This document shows positions 1 to 10,080 of a stretch of 64,000 nucleotides of DNA, piece after piece (the first letter of the stretch is position 1; every line of letters starts with the position of its first letter). The notes below the pieces were generated by a model that saw only the letters and a program-made list of their open reading frames with translations, had not been told where the DNA came from and did not search any database. Origin of the DNA: an uncultured delta proteobacterium (lineage in GTDB: Bacteria > Desulfobacterota > Binatia > UBA9968); contig CAVUZH010000024.1 of assembly GCA_963745835.1 (NCBI GenBank), forward strand, positions 320,001-384,000. The letters are read 5' to 3'. Position numbers and translations under genes: made by a program.

Positions 1-42
1 ACGGCTTGAACAAGTCCATTTAAAAGCAACGCGCACAAAGTC

Positions 43-327
43 ATGACCACAAACTTAATCGGTTGGATCTTCGGCATAGCTGTTTTGGTAGCCGGAGTAG
101 TGAATACGTTTTGGGGGAACGACCCCGAATTTGGAGTTTTTATTCTCCTTCTTTCTTTCGTTTACTTTCCTCCGACAAGTAAAATTCTCAGTGCCATTTA
201 TAAGCAAGTGGTCGGTTCCCCAATCCCCAAAATAGGAAAGATCGTCTTGAGTATCTTTATTGTCTGGGCCACGTTAGGCGTAGGTGAATTGTTCGATAAG
301 ATAGATCTCATGATACAGGATTTCTAA
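43..327 (+). CDS. small hypothetical membrane protein
   Basis: 94-aa ORF with about three hydrophobic segments; lower GC than its neighbours. Confidence 0.6.
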   Translation: MTTNLIGWIFGIAVLVAGVVNTFWGNDPEFGVFILLLSFVYFPPTSKILSAIYKQVVGSPIPKIGKIVLSIFIVWATLGVGELFDKIDLMIQDF

Positions 328-448
328 TGCATTTTTTTTCTTAATCGAAAAATCGCCTAACAGGTTTGAGCGCAACGACACATAAGAGTTTTGTCAAAGC
401 CTGTTTCTTATCGAACCAATCTCAGTCGAAATACCAGGAGACACAATC

Positions 449-1816
449 ATGAAAGCCGAAAACAAAATCTGGCAGGCGCCTGAATTCATCTCACGAGAAC
501 AGTGCATCAGGGACACCGAGGAAGTTCTTGGCATGCCCGATATCCACACCAAACAAACCGAAGATATTTTTCGTGTCAAAGTTCTGGGCATGGATTGGGA
601 TATCGGCATGGTCATCCATGAACCGGAGGACTCAAGCAGGATCCCGATTGGCGCCGACGGCAAAAAGGCCGGCTTCTTCTTGCTTCATGGTGGCTCGAGC
701 GACTTCAAAGGCATCGAGCGTCATGCCAAGCTGCTCGCCAGCAAGTTCGGCTTCAGAGTGATGGCCGGCACCTTTCCCGGCAGATTCTACTTCCCCGATC
801 CGACCCGAGATTGGCCCGACGATACGATCCACGCCGACGGCACCGTGCGCACGCCCATCTGGAAACAAGGCGAGCTGATCACGCCGGACCAGTACGACGT
901 CGTCAAGGATCCGTCCAAGCGCAATCGTTACGGCACCCGCACCCTTGCGCGTGCCAAGCCGGATAGCAATTTCTGGTATCGGATGGCCGCCTGGCCGGCG
1001 GCTTTTGAAGAAGGGATGATCGAAGCTTGCCGGCGCCATTTTCCCGAAAAGGAATTTTCGATCTATGGGCAGGGCCACTCCACCGGCGGCCCGTTCATCT
1101 GCATGCTCTCGCAGCGCATTCCCAACATGGCAGGCGTCTGCGCTACAGAGCATTCGCCGTTCGGCTATCTCTGTTGCGAGCGCGACAAGTGGGGCGGCGA
1201 CATGGGAAAGATCACCGGCTACGAAAAAGTTGAAAAGAAGGGCCAGGGCCGGACCGATCCGTTCAACGAGCTTTACATCCGCACCTGGCGCGATCTCGCG
1301 CGTTATCAGGGGCCCGAAGCATTGGGACAGGAAGGCCCCGCGGCTCTCATGCGCTTGCCTGCGATCATGGAAGATATTTTCGACGCTTGGGAGAAAGCCA
1401 AGTCGCGACCGCAATTCAAAGCCGAATACATCGTCACGCATGCGATCACCGATTCACTGGCCGAAGGAGCACGGGTCAGTGCCGCGCGGCTGAAGATGAA
1501 CAAAGAAGAAACCGAAGCGCTGGTGCAACGATTCGTCGGTTACACGCGCGAGCTTACCGGTCCGAACGTAAAGCCGGTGCCGCCTTTTCTCTTCGAAATA
1601 TCCAAAGACAGCCGCGATCACAGCCCGGAGGTTTACAACGAGGTGATCATCCCCGGCTTTCGTGCGATGAAACCAGCGCCGAAGATCGCCATCACCCGTT
1701 TCGGCGCCGGCGTGCACAGTTTCTGGAAAGCGGAAAAAGATTTGCCCGTCGGCATCGTGCCGTCGGTGATCAAGTCATGGAAGGAAGCAGTCATGAACGG
1801 ATACTTTGTTCCTTAG
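449..1816 (+). CDS. alpha/beta-hydrolase-fold protein
   Basis: LLHGG oxyanion-like motif, GHSTGG nucleophile elbow, C-terminal His (GVHSF); GGAG RBS upstream. Confidence 0.75.
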   Translation: MKAENKIWQAPEFISREQCIRDTEEVLGMPDIHTKQTEDIFRVKVLGMDWDIGMVIHEPEDSSRIPIGADGKKAGFFLLHGGSSDFKGIERHAKLLASKFGFRVMAGTFPGRFYFPDPTRDWPDDTIHADGTVRTPIWKQGELITPDQYDVVKDPSKRNRYGTRTLARAKPDSNFWYRMAAWPAAFEEGMIEACRRHFPEKEFSIYGQGHSTGGPFICMLSQRIPNMAGVCATEHSPFGYLCCERDKWGGDMGKITGYEKVEKKGQGRTDPFNELYIRTWRDLARYQGPEALGQEGPAALMRLPAIMEDIFDAWEKAKSRPQFKAEYIVTHAITDSLAEGARVSAARLKMNKEETEALVQRFVGYTRELTGPNVKPVPPFLFEISKDSRDHSPEVYNEVIIPGFRAMKPAPKIAITRFGAGVHSFWKAEKDLPVGIVPSVIKSWKEAVMNGYFVP

Positions 1817-1955
1817 AGACAAATTGCTTAAGAAGCACCGTCCTTGCGCTTACGGGCTATGTAACTTCAACCGTATTGTTTCCATCGTAAGCGTCTCTTG
1901 TTGAATACGAACCGAGCGGCTTGCAACCAGTCCGCTGCCCGATTATTCTTTGCGC

Positions 1956-2282
1956 ATGTTAAACGAATCGAAGGCACTGTCTTATGACGAGCTCCGTGAA
2001 CGGCTACGTCCGTTTTGCGAGAAACATCGCCTACGCCGACTAGAGGTTTTCGGTTCGACCGCGGCTGGCCTCGCGACATCAGGCAGCGACGTGGACCTGC
2101 TGGTGACGCTCGACGAAACGATTCCGGTGTCCACCTCCGAGCTGCTGGAAATGGCAGGCGAGGCCGAGGAGTTGCTCGGCCGCGCGGTGGATTTTGTCCT
2201 ACGTCCATCCTTAGAGAAGTCGCCGAACCACTTTGCGCGCGAGCACATTCTGGCTACCGCCGTGTGCTTATATGGAAACTGA
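1956..2282 (+). CDS. MNT-family minimal nucleotidyltransferase (antitoxin)
   Basis: VFGS...SDVDLLV and VDFV motifs; overlaps the downstream HEPN gene. Confidence 0.85.
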   Translation: MLNESKALSYDELRERLRPFCEKHRLRRLEVFGSTAAGLATSGSDVDLLVTLDETIPVSTSELLEMAGEAEELLGRAVDFVLRPSLEKSPNHFAREHILATAVCLYGN

Positions 2283-2613
2283 TCAACTCGGCCGGCTGCG
2301 CGATATCTTGGAAGCCGCGCGGCTCATCGGCACATACGTCAAAAACACCACGGAAAGCGATTTCTACGCCGACAAGCAGAAACAAGACGCCGTCATCCGG
2401 CGTATTGAAATTATCGGTGAAGCCGCGGCGCACGTGACTGCGGCGAGCCGACAGGCCGTCCCAGAACTCGCCTTTAGGAAAATGCGCGGCATGCGCAATA
2501 TCGTTGCCCATGACTATGCCAACGTGGAGTTGAGGATCGTGTGGGAAGTCGCTACCGTGTATGTACCGGAGATTTGCACTGCCTTGGAGAAGTTTTTCGC
2601 TCGCCAGAAATGA
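2272..2613 (+). CDS. HEPN/DUF86 (HepT-like) RNase toxin
   Basis: RNIVAHDY (R-x4-H-x-Y) and IEIIGEAA motifs. Confidence 0.85.
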   Translation: METDQLGRLRDILEAARLIGTYVKNTTESDFYADKQKQDAVIRRIEIIGEAAAHVTAASRQAVPELAFRKMRGMRNIVAHDYANVELRIVWEVATVYVPEICTALEKFFARQK

Positions 2614-2653
2614 ATCCCCCGCTTTCGCACTTGAGTGACAGCCGCTCGGTCAT

Positions 2654-2818
2654 ATCCCCGGCTTTCGTGCGATGAAACCAGCGCCAAAGATCGCCATCAC
2701 GCGGTTCGGCGCCGGCGTGCACAGTTTCTGGAAAGCGGAGAAAGATCTGCCGGCAGGCATCGTGCCGTCGGTGATCAAATCGTGGAACGAAGCCGTGATG
2801 AACGGGTATTTTGTGTAG
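2654..2818 (+). repeat. diverged copy of the hydrolase 3' end (about 1649-1816)
   Basis: ATCCCCGGCTTTCGTGCGATGAAACCAGCGCC...ATGAACGGGTATTTTGTGTAG aligns to the gene end with mostly third-position changes. Confidence 0.9.
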
Positions 2819-3070
2819 GAGTCAAAGGCGCGAAGCGCAAGATCTGTTAACCGGCTCCTTAATCTATTCCTGGCGTTTTTCCTAGCGAATAGGTAATCGT
2901 CGCTAGATTTTAGGTCTGCTCATGCATGCGAGAAGCTTGAGCCGTAAGTATCTTCATGCATAAGCCGTGGCTTTATCGCTGGATTCCATGAATCTGTTAT
3001 TGAACCCTTCCCACAAAGCCGAGTGCTATGTTCGCGAATTATAGTACCCTGCAGTTCGGTCTAACGCTTA

Positions 3071-3099
3071 TTGACCACTATCTCAAATCGAGATATCCT
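3071..3099 (+). promoter_or_regulatory. sigma70-type promoter with an overlapping palindromic operator for higBA
   Basis: TTGACC-N17-TATCCT with the inverted repeat TATCTC-N5-GAGATA (3079-3095). Confidence 0.65.
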
Positions 3100-3107
3100 G
3101 CTTGTGT

Positions 3108-3395
3108 TTGCATGTCATCACGCGAAGACGGTTGATCGAGTTCGGTCACGAGCATCCCGATGCGCGGGTTCCGCTAAACCATTGGTACACCATCGTTAGC
3201 AAAACGGACTATGCCTCTTTGGTGGAATTGAGGATCACGTTTCCCTCCGCAGACCAAGTAGGAAAATTTACCGTGTTCAACATCGCGGGTAATAAATATC
3301 GCTTGATTGCTGCGATTCACTACAACCGGAAAAAGGTCTATATCCGGCATGTGCTTACTCATGCGGAGTACAGTCGGCGGCGTTGGAGGAAATAG
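3108..3395 (+). CDS. higB: HigB-family mRNA interferase toxin
   Basis: FPSAD.VG...VFNIAGNKYRLI...YIRHVLTHAEY signature. Confidence 0.88.
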   Translation: MHVITRRRLIEFGHEHPDARVPLNHWYTIVSKTDYASLVELRITFPSADQVGKFTVFNIAGNKYRLIAAIHYNRKKVYIRHVLTHAEYSRRRWRK

Positions 3396-3396
3396 C

Positions 3397-3861
3397 ATGT
3401 CTGCCATCCTTGTCCGTGAAACCCACGCTGCCTATCAGCGGCTTCGTCGATTCGTTCCGCTAGGCGTGCTGCGCTCCGAGAAGGACTATCGAAAGGCTAT
3501 GGCAATGCTCGATGAGATAATCGATGACATCGGCCAAGACGAAGCTCATCCTTTGGCCGATTTGGCTGAAGCGCTCGCCCTTTTCATCCACTCTTATGAA
3601 GAGACCCATGCCAAAATCCGCGAGTCAACGGGTCCGGAAGTTTTACGACTACTTATGGAAGAGCACGGCTTAACACAGTCAGAACTGCCGGAGATCGGAA
3701 GCCAGGGAGTCGTATCAGAAATTCTCTCCGGTGAACGCGAACTCAACATTCGACAGATCCGCCACCTGTCTAAACGATTCGGAGTCTCCCCTGCAGTCTT
3801 CATCGGGACCACAGCCCGGAACACTATGAAGAGGCGACCACGCCGGGGGTCCGAAATTTGA
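3397..3861 (+). CDS. higA: HigA-family HTH antitoxin
   Basis: LMEEHGLTQSELPEIGSQGVVSEILSGERELN Xre-type HTH, directly after higB. Confidence 0.88.
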   Translation: MSAILVRETHAAYQRLRRFVPLGVLRSEKDYRKAMAMLDEIIDDIGQDEAHPLADLAEALALFIHSYEETHAKIRESTGPEVLRLLMEEHGLTQSELPEIGSQGVVSEILSGERELNIRQIRHLSKRFGVSPAVFIGTTARNTMKRRPRRGSEI

Positions 3862-3865
3862 ACAG

Positions 3866-4009
3866 CCAGCCGAAGATCGCCATCACCCGTTTCGGCGCCG
3901 GCGTGCATAGTTTCTGGAAGGCGGAAAAAGATTTGCCGGTCGGCATCGTGCCGTCGGTGATCAAGTCATGGAAGGAAGCAGTCATGAACGGATACTTTGT
4001 TTCCTAGAG
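3866..4009 (+). repeat. near-identical copy of the hydrolase 3' end (about 1673-1819)
   Basis: GAAGATCGCCATCACCCGTTTCGGCGCCGGCGTGCA...GTCATGAACGGATACTTTGTT matches the gene end. Confidence 0.92.
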
Positions 4010-4021
4010 CGGAGTTAAGCG

Positions 4022-4751
4022 GTGGCAGAGAATCCGGTCAGATTGAAATACATCGAGTCAGACAACTTCTCGCCCGGCGGCGGAGTGACCGGCGTGAATA
4101 ACACCAAGATCACGGCAAAGGTGAAGAACATCGCCTTCGCCAAGGATGTGGCGATTCATTATGCCCAAGCCGATGGGGCATGGAGTGAACGGACATTATC
4201 ATGGCAGAAGAATTTCACCGGTTACGATCTGTTCAGCCGAAACGACAACACCTTCTCCACCACCGAGTTCGTCATCCGCTACACTGTCAGCGGCCAGACA
4301 TTCTGGGACAATAACGGCGGAGCGAATTATCATGTGGACTCGGCGCGGCCGAATACGGTCGGTGGGATTGTGATCCTGAACAAGGCGGTTGCGCGGCGAG
4401 GCTCTCAGGCGGGCGGTGGGTTCGTCTTCACCACCTCGTGGGTAGAGGGGGAAATCTTCGTCAAGAATTTATCCTCCCAAAAACACGTGGGCATCCGGCT
4501 TTCGTCTAACGGAGGTGCGAGCTTTCACGATACGAATGCATCGTTTAGCGGTAACGTTCCTGTGGCTGTAGGGCTGTCGCAGGTGGAGATCTGGAAGTTC
4601 AAGACGCCGGAATTAAATCTGGATCAAAGCACTCCCAATTTCAGGTTTGCCGATATTCTACAATAATCTAGATAGCGGCCAGTGGTTTTGGGACAACAAC
4701 TTTGGCCAGGATTATTCGCTGAGCAAAACCGACCTCGCCACTATTGAATAA
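4022..4751 (+). CDS. tandem CBM21-like carbohydrate-binding protein (frameshift near 4650)
   Basis: Two repeats of VKN[IL]..K.V.I...WDNN.G.[ND]Y; the second WDNNFGQDY lies in the shifted frame. Confidence 0.7.
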
Positions 4752-4774
4752 GCGGACAGACCTAGTAGCAACTA

Positions 4775-4927
4775 TCGATTGCCGATTTACCGGCCGAAGC
4801 TGCGGGTTAGCGCGGCGCGATTGAAGATGAAAAAGGAAGAAGAAACCGAGGCTGACGCAGTGGTCCCGGGTTACTCGCGGAGGTTACGGGGCCGGAGGTG
4901 AAGCCAGTGCCGCCTTTTCTTTTTCGA
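4775..4927 (+). repeat. degenerate copy of an internal hydrolase segment (about 1443-1596)
   Basis: TGAAGATGAA...GAAGAAACCGA...AAGCC[AG]GTGCCGCCTTTTCT. Confidence 0.75.
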
Positions 4928-4945
4928 CTTCGGTGGTGAGGACAC

Positions 4946-5248
4946 ATGCGCGAGTACGGAAAGAACACGACATGTATACAGGTCCGTGTTGGGGAACGCT
5001 TCGTGCTGGCGCTTCCCGCGGTTGCAACCGGCGGCTTCACATGGCTGATGGACCGAGAGCCCGAAGTCGCCGTACTCACGGAGGAGCGGATCCGGCCCGG
5101 TGGTCCTGGCATTGGCGCATCCTCCGTCCAGGAATTCGAGTTTGCTGGCATGCACGCTGGAGTCAGCACCTTGGTTTTGGAATACAAGCGGCCCTGGGAA
5201 AACGTGAAGGGAGAGCGGCTCGAAATAAAAATCGTAGTGGAGCCGTGA
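4946..5248 (+). CDS. chagasin-like (I42) cysteine-protease inhibitor
   Basis: GERFVLAL...TGGFTW, GIGA and YKRPWE loop motifs. Confidence 0.8.
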   Translation: MREYGKNTTCIQVRVGERFVLALPAVATGGFTWLMDREPEVAVLTEERIRPGGPGIGASSVQEFEFAGMHAGVSTLVLEYKRPWENVKGERLEIKIVVEP

Positions 5249-5336
5249 ACCATGTAATCGCGGGCAGCCGGTAGCTAGCCGGCCGCCCCTCGCTTCAAAC
5301 CGTTGTGTTAGCGCGCGCTTCGGTTGCGCACAGCCC

Positions 5337-6119
5337 TCACCGCCGAGACGCACGCCGTTTGCGGCCGCCGTCTTCGGACTCGGTGTCGAACGCTCCTCTC
5401 GGCAGCGGCATGACCGCTTTGGCTTTGAGTTTCTGCTGAACCGCGGAGCAGGCCTCGCCGTCTTCATGGATTAAGCGTTCGAGATCCCGGAAGGGCAGGA
5501 AAAACTCGCCGGATTTGCCCCAATTATCACCCCACGAGTTGGAGCACAGCGCAAGCGCTCTTCGGGTATCGACACCGCGCCAGAGGTACGCATGGCCGCC
5601 GGCGACTGAGGCGTCCGCTGAGATCCGAACGATACCCTCGTTGTCGGGACGCTGAAAGCTCGAATACCAATTAGTGCCGAGCACGACCGGCCCCTCGGTG
5701 AGCACCCATTCGACCGCTGGCTGCAGCTCGAATGCCCATACATAGGATTTGAGCAAGCCAAAGCCGGTGACGGCCTCCGCGCCGGCGCGTATTGAGGTCC
5801 CGACATCGAGCCCGCTGTCACCGTCCGGAAGATTGGCCTCGTCATCGTTGTCCGTCCACGGGTCCTTCAAGACGGCCGAGCGGTAGATATCGAACGGGGA
5901 CGGGTCAGCTCTTACCGTCTGGATTGGCGCACAGCGAAGAAAGTTACGCCAAGCGTGTCCCACGCACGTCCCGGTATTGCCCTGATTGAGAGCAGTTTTA
6001 TTGATGCCCCACGTCTTACGCACAGGCAATGTGAGAGCTCGCGCATCGGGTAATAACCGGCGCATGAGGTAGTTGCGATCTCGAGGATCCGCTACGAATC
6101 GTCTTCCAAATCCCGGCAT
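5337..6119 (-). CDS. papain-like C1 cysteine peptidase
   Basis: NQG.TGTCVGHA (Gln/Cys), GGHAY (His) and NSWG..WG (Asn); GGAGG RBS. Confidence 0.85.
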   Translation of the reverse strand: MPGFGRRFVADPRDRNYLMRRLLPDARALTLPVRKTWGINKTALNQGNTGTCVGHAWRNFLRCAPIQTVRADPSPFDIYRSAVLKDPWTDNDDEANLPDGDSGLDVGTSIRAGAEAVTGFGLLKSYVWAFELQPAVEWVLTEGPVVLGTNWYSSFQRPDNEGIVRISADASVAGGHAYLWRGVDTRRALALCSNSWGDNWGKSGEFFLPFRDLERLIHEDGEACSAVQQKLKAKAVMPLPRGAFDTESEDGGRKRRASRR

Positions 6120-6529
6120 AAATACACCTCCTTGTTTTCTCGACAATAATTGCGGCGGCCACTTTATCTAGTCAAACTTCCGACAAGCTATCTTTATCGA
6201 CTCAAGTCACAGCGCTACCTCCTTCTTACAATCCCTTGTTAACAAACGCTGTTGCGGCGGTACTGTACTCTGCCCGCGTCTCGCCGCCCTGAGGTCTCGG
6301 CGCTTCGTTAAAGCAGCTCTGGTGCCATCAGAACTTCTACAGACGAACACCCCCTCCTGGTTTTGGAGGACATTGAAAACATTGCTGATCCAGGTTCCTT
6401 GCGCTGTTAGGCCATGGGAAGAGATCTGCAACGCGTGTATACGGCGGTATACGCTCGTGGTCCTTGTTGGATGAGAAACAGTAACCACGTTGACAAGGAT
6501 ATTGATCGAATGGGGCGCCGCTTTGAGTG

Positions 6530-6604
6530 ACGGAGGAGCGAATTATCACGTGGACTCGGCGCGGCCGAATACGGTCGGCCGGGATCGTGATCCTGAACAA
6601 GGCG
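6530..6604 (+). repeat. duplicated fragment of the CBM21-like gene (about 4315-4387)
   Basis: GGAGCGAATTATCA[CT]GTGGACTCGGCGCGGCCGAATACGGTCGG...GTGATCCTGAACAAGGCG. Confidence 0.85.
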
Positions 6605-6803
6605 AGGAAGAAGAACCCGAGGCTGGCGCATTGGTCCCAGGTTACTCGCGGAGGTTACGGGGCCGGAGGTGAAGCCGGTGCCGCCTTTTTTCTCCAAGGT
6701 ATCCGAAGACACTCTCGATCACAGCCCGGAATTTACAATGAGATATCATTCCCCGGCTTTGGTGATGAAATCCGCGTCTAAGTCGCCCTCATCCGTTTCG
6801 GTG
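6605..6803 (+). repeat. degenerate copy of a hydrolase segment (about 1503-1707); also matches 4835-4920
   Basis: GGTTACTCGCGGAGGTTACGGGGCCGGAGGTGAAGCC is shared with about 4870; GATCACAGCCCGGA and CCCCGGCTTT match the hydrolase. Confidence 0.8.
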
Positions 6804-6867
6804 TTCAGTGCTATCCTGCGTGTGCAGAGCACGCTTGTCCGAATGAGTCAAAAAGCTTTTAAGTGCC

Positions 6868-7635
6868 TCAGGATCTTCTTGCAACGAAAATACCCTAGCC
6901 GGACAATCGGTGGTTGGACGGAGAGTGGTTGCGTCGTGGACGCCTCGGATTAAAAAACCAATATCTAATAGCCAGCGGCCTACGTCCGAAGGAAAGTAAG
7001 CCCGTTCGCGATGTGATTCTGTGATCGGCGCCGAAGATCGCGGAGAGTTTAAAGTCACTTTGATCGCCAGCATTCTTTGACGCGGCTGCCAGCCTATTCT
7101 CTGCGTGACGCGGCAGCCCTTTGATGCGAGTTCTCGAAACTGCGTCAACGCGCCTCCGAGAGGTTCGCAGGGCGTGATCAGATCAAAGATAAAATGGCCG
7201 CCATGCCGCAGATTTCCGGCGACGCGCCGGAGCGCCATGACAAAATCATCAGGGTTCAGCAAATGGTTCAGGGTATCGAAATTCGCCGTGATCAAATCGA
7301 CCGGAAAGGGTAATTGCAAATAGCGAATATCCTGTTGCAAGAAAGAAACCTGTGATGCGCGGCAGTTTCGCATCGCAATCCGCAGCATTTCCGCTGATCG
7401 ATCCACGCCAAACACCGGTACACCCCAACACTGACTCAAGTAGCGGGCAAAGAGCCCAGTGCCACAGCCGATGTCAGCAGCGGAACGAAACGAAATGCGT
7501 GTATCGTTTCACTAGCGCTTCGAAAGCAGCGCGCGTGCCGATGAAGTTAGGAATTCCAAGAGCACGATCATAAGCCGGCGCGAGCCGGCTGTAAGCCCGC
7601 GCGAAACGTTGCGTGGCATTAATCGTGTCGATCAT
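6868..7635 (-). CDS. class I SAM-dependent methyltransferase (frameshifts near 7495 and 6890)
   Basis: DIGCGTG motif I upstream of the called ORF, plus GVDRSAEML, DLITANFDTLNHL and GGHFIFD. Confidence 0.8.
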
Positions 7636-7675
7636 ATCCGCGGCTGCCGTACAAAAAATCTGATCTCCTTAGCCG

Positions 7676-8124
7676 TTAGATATCGATTAACCTCCACCAC
7701 TGACGCAAAGAACTATCGTTAACCAGCCATGTAGTACCAGGCCTTCGATAGTTAAGACCGGCGACAATGTTTATAGGATCGTTATCAAAGAGCTTCTGGT
7801 CAAGCATTTCCTGGTGCCACTTTTGGAGCTCCATCTGCAGCTTTTGAACCAACATCCGTGCAGTTCGTTTGTCCATCCACCTTCCATAAGCATTTTCCAC
7901 TGCACGGAGAAACTCATCAAAAGAACGGCGAAATCTAACCTTCAGATTTAGGTCGCAACTCACGGAGCGCTTATCGGGAGCACCACAGAACCGCCGATGG
8001 CCATCCTTCGCGATCCAACCCTCTTTCGGTGGCCGTTGGGCCGGTGGTTTCGGCGGCGGTTTGGGCGTCGGTGCGGCCGGTCGCGGTTTGAAAACTTCTC
8101 CCAAGGCATTTTCAAAAAGTACAT
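7676..8124 (-). CDS. hypothetical protein with MY..ENALGE leader and Pro-rich linker
   Basis: GGAGG RBS and ATG at 8124; one extra base in the homopolymer gives MYFFENALGEVFKP in frame with ORF 7676-8104. Confidence 0.6.
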
Positions 8125-8144
8125 GGTTTCATCCTCCAGCAGGC

Positions 8145-9284
8145 TCAGCGTAACCGCCTGATTCGACGGATGTGCCTTCTCCTAAGTCTCGTCTGCATGC
8201 CAATGATTGCGCCCTCTTGATTGTCAGCGCCGGCTTCGGAAGAAGAAATGCGCAGCTGTCCCCGATTGTCTACCCAGAGATAATAGGTCGGTGCCATTTT
8301 CATCATAGAGAACCAGCATACCCGGACGCCGAGGAATCCCGGCGTTGCCTGTTCCACCCGGGTCGTGGCGGATGTCAACACGGCCGCGGTTTTGAAGTTC
8401 GCCGCCCAACTCAAGCAGGGAAGCGTTGCTCTCGAGCGGCGTTGCACTTGACCGATTACTACTTGATCGAGGTCGCCACTCAAGAAGGTCACCTTCTGGA
8501 AAGCGGCCAAGGTATGCGCATCCGCATAACGCTCAACGAGGTTGCCGATGGCGCTCGCCAGGTGCTCAATAAATGCCTCACGCTTTTCTTTTTGCTCCCG
8601 CGGCGATGGCGCGATCTCGATCTGGGTCGCATCGATGCCGTTCGGGTGCGAGCTCCCGTAGGTTCTTACGGTGTACCCTCCATCGACGCCCGGCGTTTCG
8701 GGGGTTTCTGGTTGCTTAGGCGACACGATGTAGCCGGCCGCCTCTGGCCCCAGTAGTCCACGCAGGCTGCGGCGCCGCCACAAAAGCTGCGGATCGATTT
8801 TCTGCAGACGCTCCACGGTCTTTCCATTATCCGTGCCCAGGTATAGATCAGCCGGATCAGTCTCTATCAACCCGGTCCCGTGGATATCGATGAGAAGACC
8901 CAGCCCGCCGTTTTCGGCCCGGATCTCGTTTACGAAGCTGCGTAACGTGCCGTGGTATTCGGCATAGAACGGCTCTGCCGCGGGAACCTCAAAGCCACAT
9001 TCCGCCGGCCGGTTTGAATCGATGTACTGCCGGTTGAATTCGGCGATCACAACGTAGGGCGCTTCTCCGTAGACTTCCAGCAGGCGCTGCGCAACGCCCT
9101 CGGTGATTTCGCGCGTGCGAAGATCGCGGCTGGTCTTGAATGGCGGGCAGTCGGAGTTCGATCCTGTTCGCTTGGGGACCTCCGGCGGCACCTTTTTGCC
9201 ATCGTGCGGGCAACTTATTATCACCGGCAATGTGCCGCGATGGCGACTGACGAGATTGGCCTCTTCGTAACGGATCGCCCACAT
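8145..9284 (-). CDS. N-formylglutamate amidohydrolase-family protein with an extra C-terminal domain
   Basis: ISCPHDG, IDSNR, LIDIHG and QIEI motifs; frameshifts in the C-terminal part. Confidence 0.75.
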   Translation of the reverse strand: MWAIRYEEANLVSRHRGTLPVIISCPHDGKKVPPEVPKRTGSNSDCPPFKTSRDLRTREITEGVAQRLLEVYGEAPYVVIAEFNRQYIDSNRPAECGFEVPAAEPFYAEYHGTLRSFVNEIRAENGGLGLLIDIHGTGLIETDPADLYLGTDNGKTVERLQKIDPQLLWRRRSLRGLLGPEAAGYIVSPKQPETPETPGVDGGYTVRTYGSSHPNGIDATQIEIAPSPREQKEKREAFIEHLASAIGNLVERYADAHTLAAFQKVTFLSGDLDQVVIGQVQRRSRATLPCLSWAANFKTAAVLTSATTRVEQATPGFLGVRVCWFSMMKMAPTYYLWVDNRGQLRISSSEAGADNQEGAIIGMQTRLRRRHIRRIRRLR

Positions 9285-9288
9285 CGGT

Positions 9289-10080
9289 TCACCTCGGAGA
9301 GCCCCTAAAAACTTGCTGGAATTGGATGACTCGCGGTTTGGAGCGGAAGGTTTGCTCCAAAACTCCAATCGCTTGCAACGCCTCATGCGTTTTCTTCTGG
9401 TTCGTGAGCCGGCGTACGCCTTGAAAACCAGCGATGGTCCATCTTCTCTCGATGGCATTTATCAGCGGCGTGATTCTGCCGTCGAAGTAAGCATCCGCAA
9501 CTAAAGCTGGCGTGATAGTCTCAAGGAATTTCCGCGCCACGGGAATGTACTCCTTATAAGGCTGCCATGCAGCCCGCAGCGGCCGAATACATTGCGCCGA
9601 CTGAATGTCTTCTGTGACGATTTGGGTCATCCCTTCGAGCAAACCCTCTTCCAGCAAAGCATAAACCGTAGCTCTCAACGAATTCGATTTACCCGGCGGA
9701 TGTGAAAACAGATGAACCGCCTCGTGCAAGGCTAAGCCTGCTTTCGTCTGGTTGAAGTTTCGCGCGGGAAACTCGCGCAGGAAGATCGTGGCATTCCGAC
9801 GGTCGATAAAACCCTGGGCATGCGGCGGTGGCCGGCGAAAGATAGCGCTGTACGTTGTCGCAAACTCGCCGTCGGTGACGATGCGCATCGGCCGGGCTGG
9901 GAGGCTTTTCTGATGCGCTGCAAGGTTGCGTTGCAAGTAGCCTTGCCACGGCGAGGGACCTCCCAGAATTGCGAAGATATGCGGCGCATCGGCCTCGGTG
10001 ATGTTTCTTTCTGCCGAGTTGAACGGCGGCTGGAAATTGCACGCCGATAGCGGTTCCGCCAGCGTGGTCATAATGTACAT
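9289..10080 (-). CDS. zincin metallopeptidase-like protein
   Basis: LHEAVH with a downstream LLEGMT (gluzincin-type third ligand); N-terminus MYIMTTLAE. Confidence 0.65.
   Translation of the reverse strand: MYIMTTLAEPLSACNFQPPFNSAERNITEADAPHIFAILGGPSPWQGYLQRNLAAHQKSLPARPMRIVTDGEFATTYSAIFRRPPPHAQGFIDRRNATIFLREFPARNFNQTKAGLALHEAVHLFSHPPGKSNSLRATVYALLEEGLLEGMTQIVTEDIQSAQCIRPLRAAWQPYKEYIPVARKFLETITPALVADAYFDGRITPLINAIERRWTIAGFQGVRRLTNQKKTHEALQAIGVLEQTFRSKPRVIQFQQVFRGSPR

Noticed and set aside
1443-6803. Integron cassette array or DGR template/variable repeats
   Set aside because: There is no integron integrase, attC palindromes or nearby RT, and the differences between copies are not adenine-specific.
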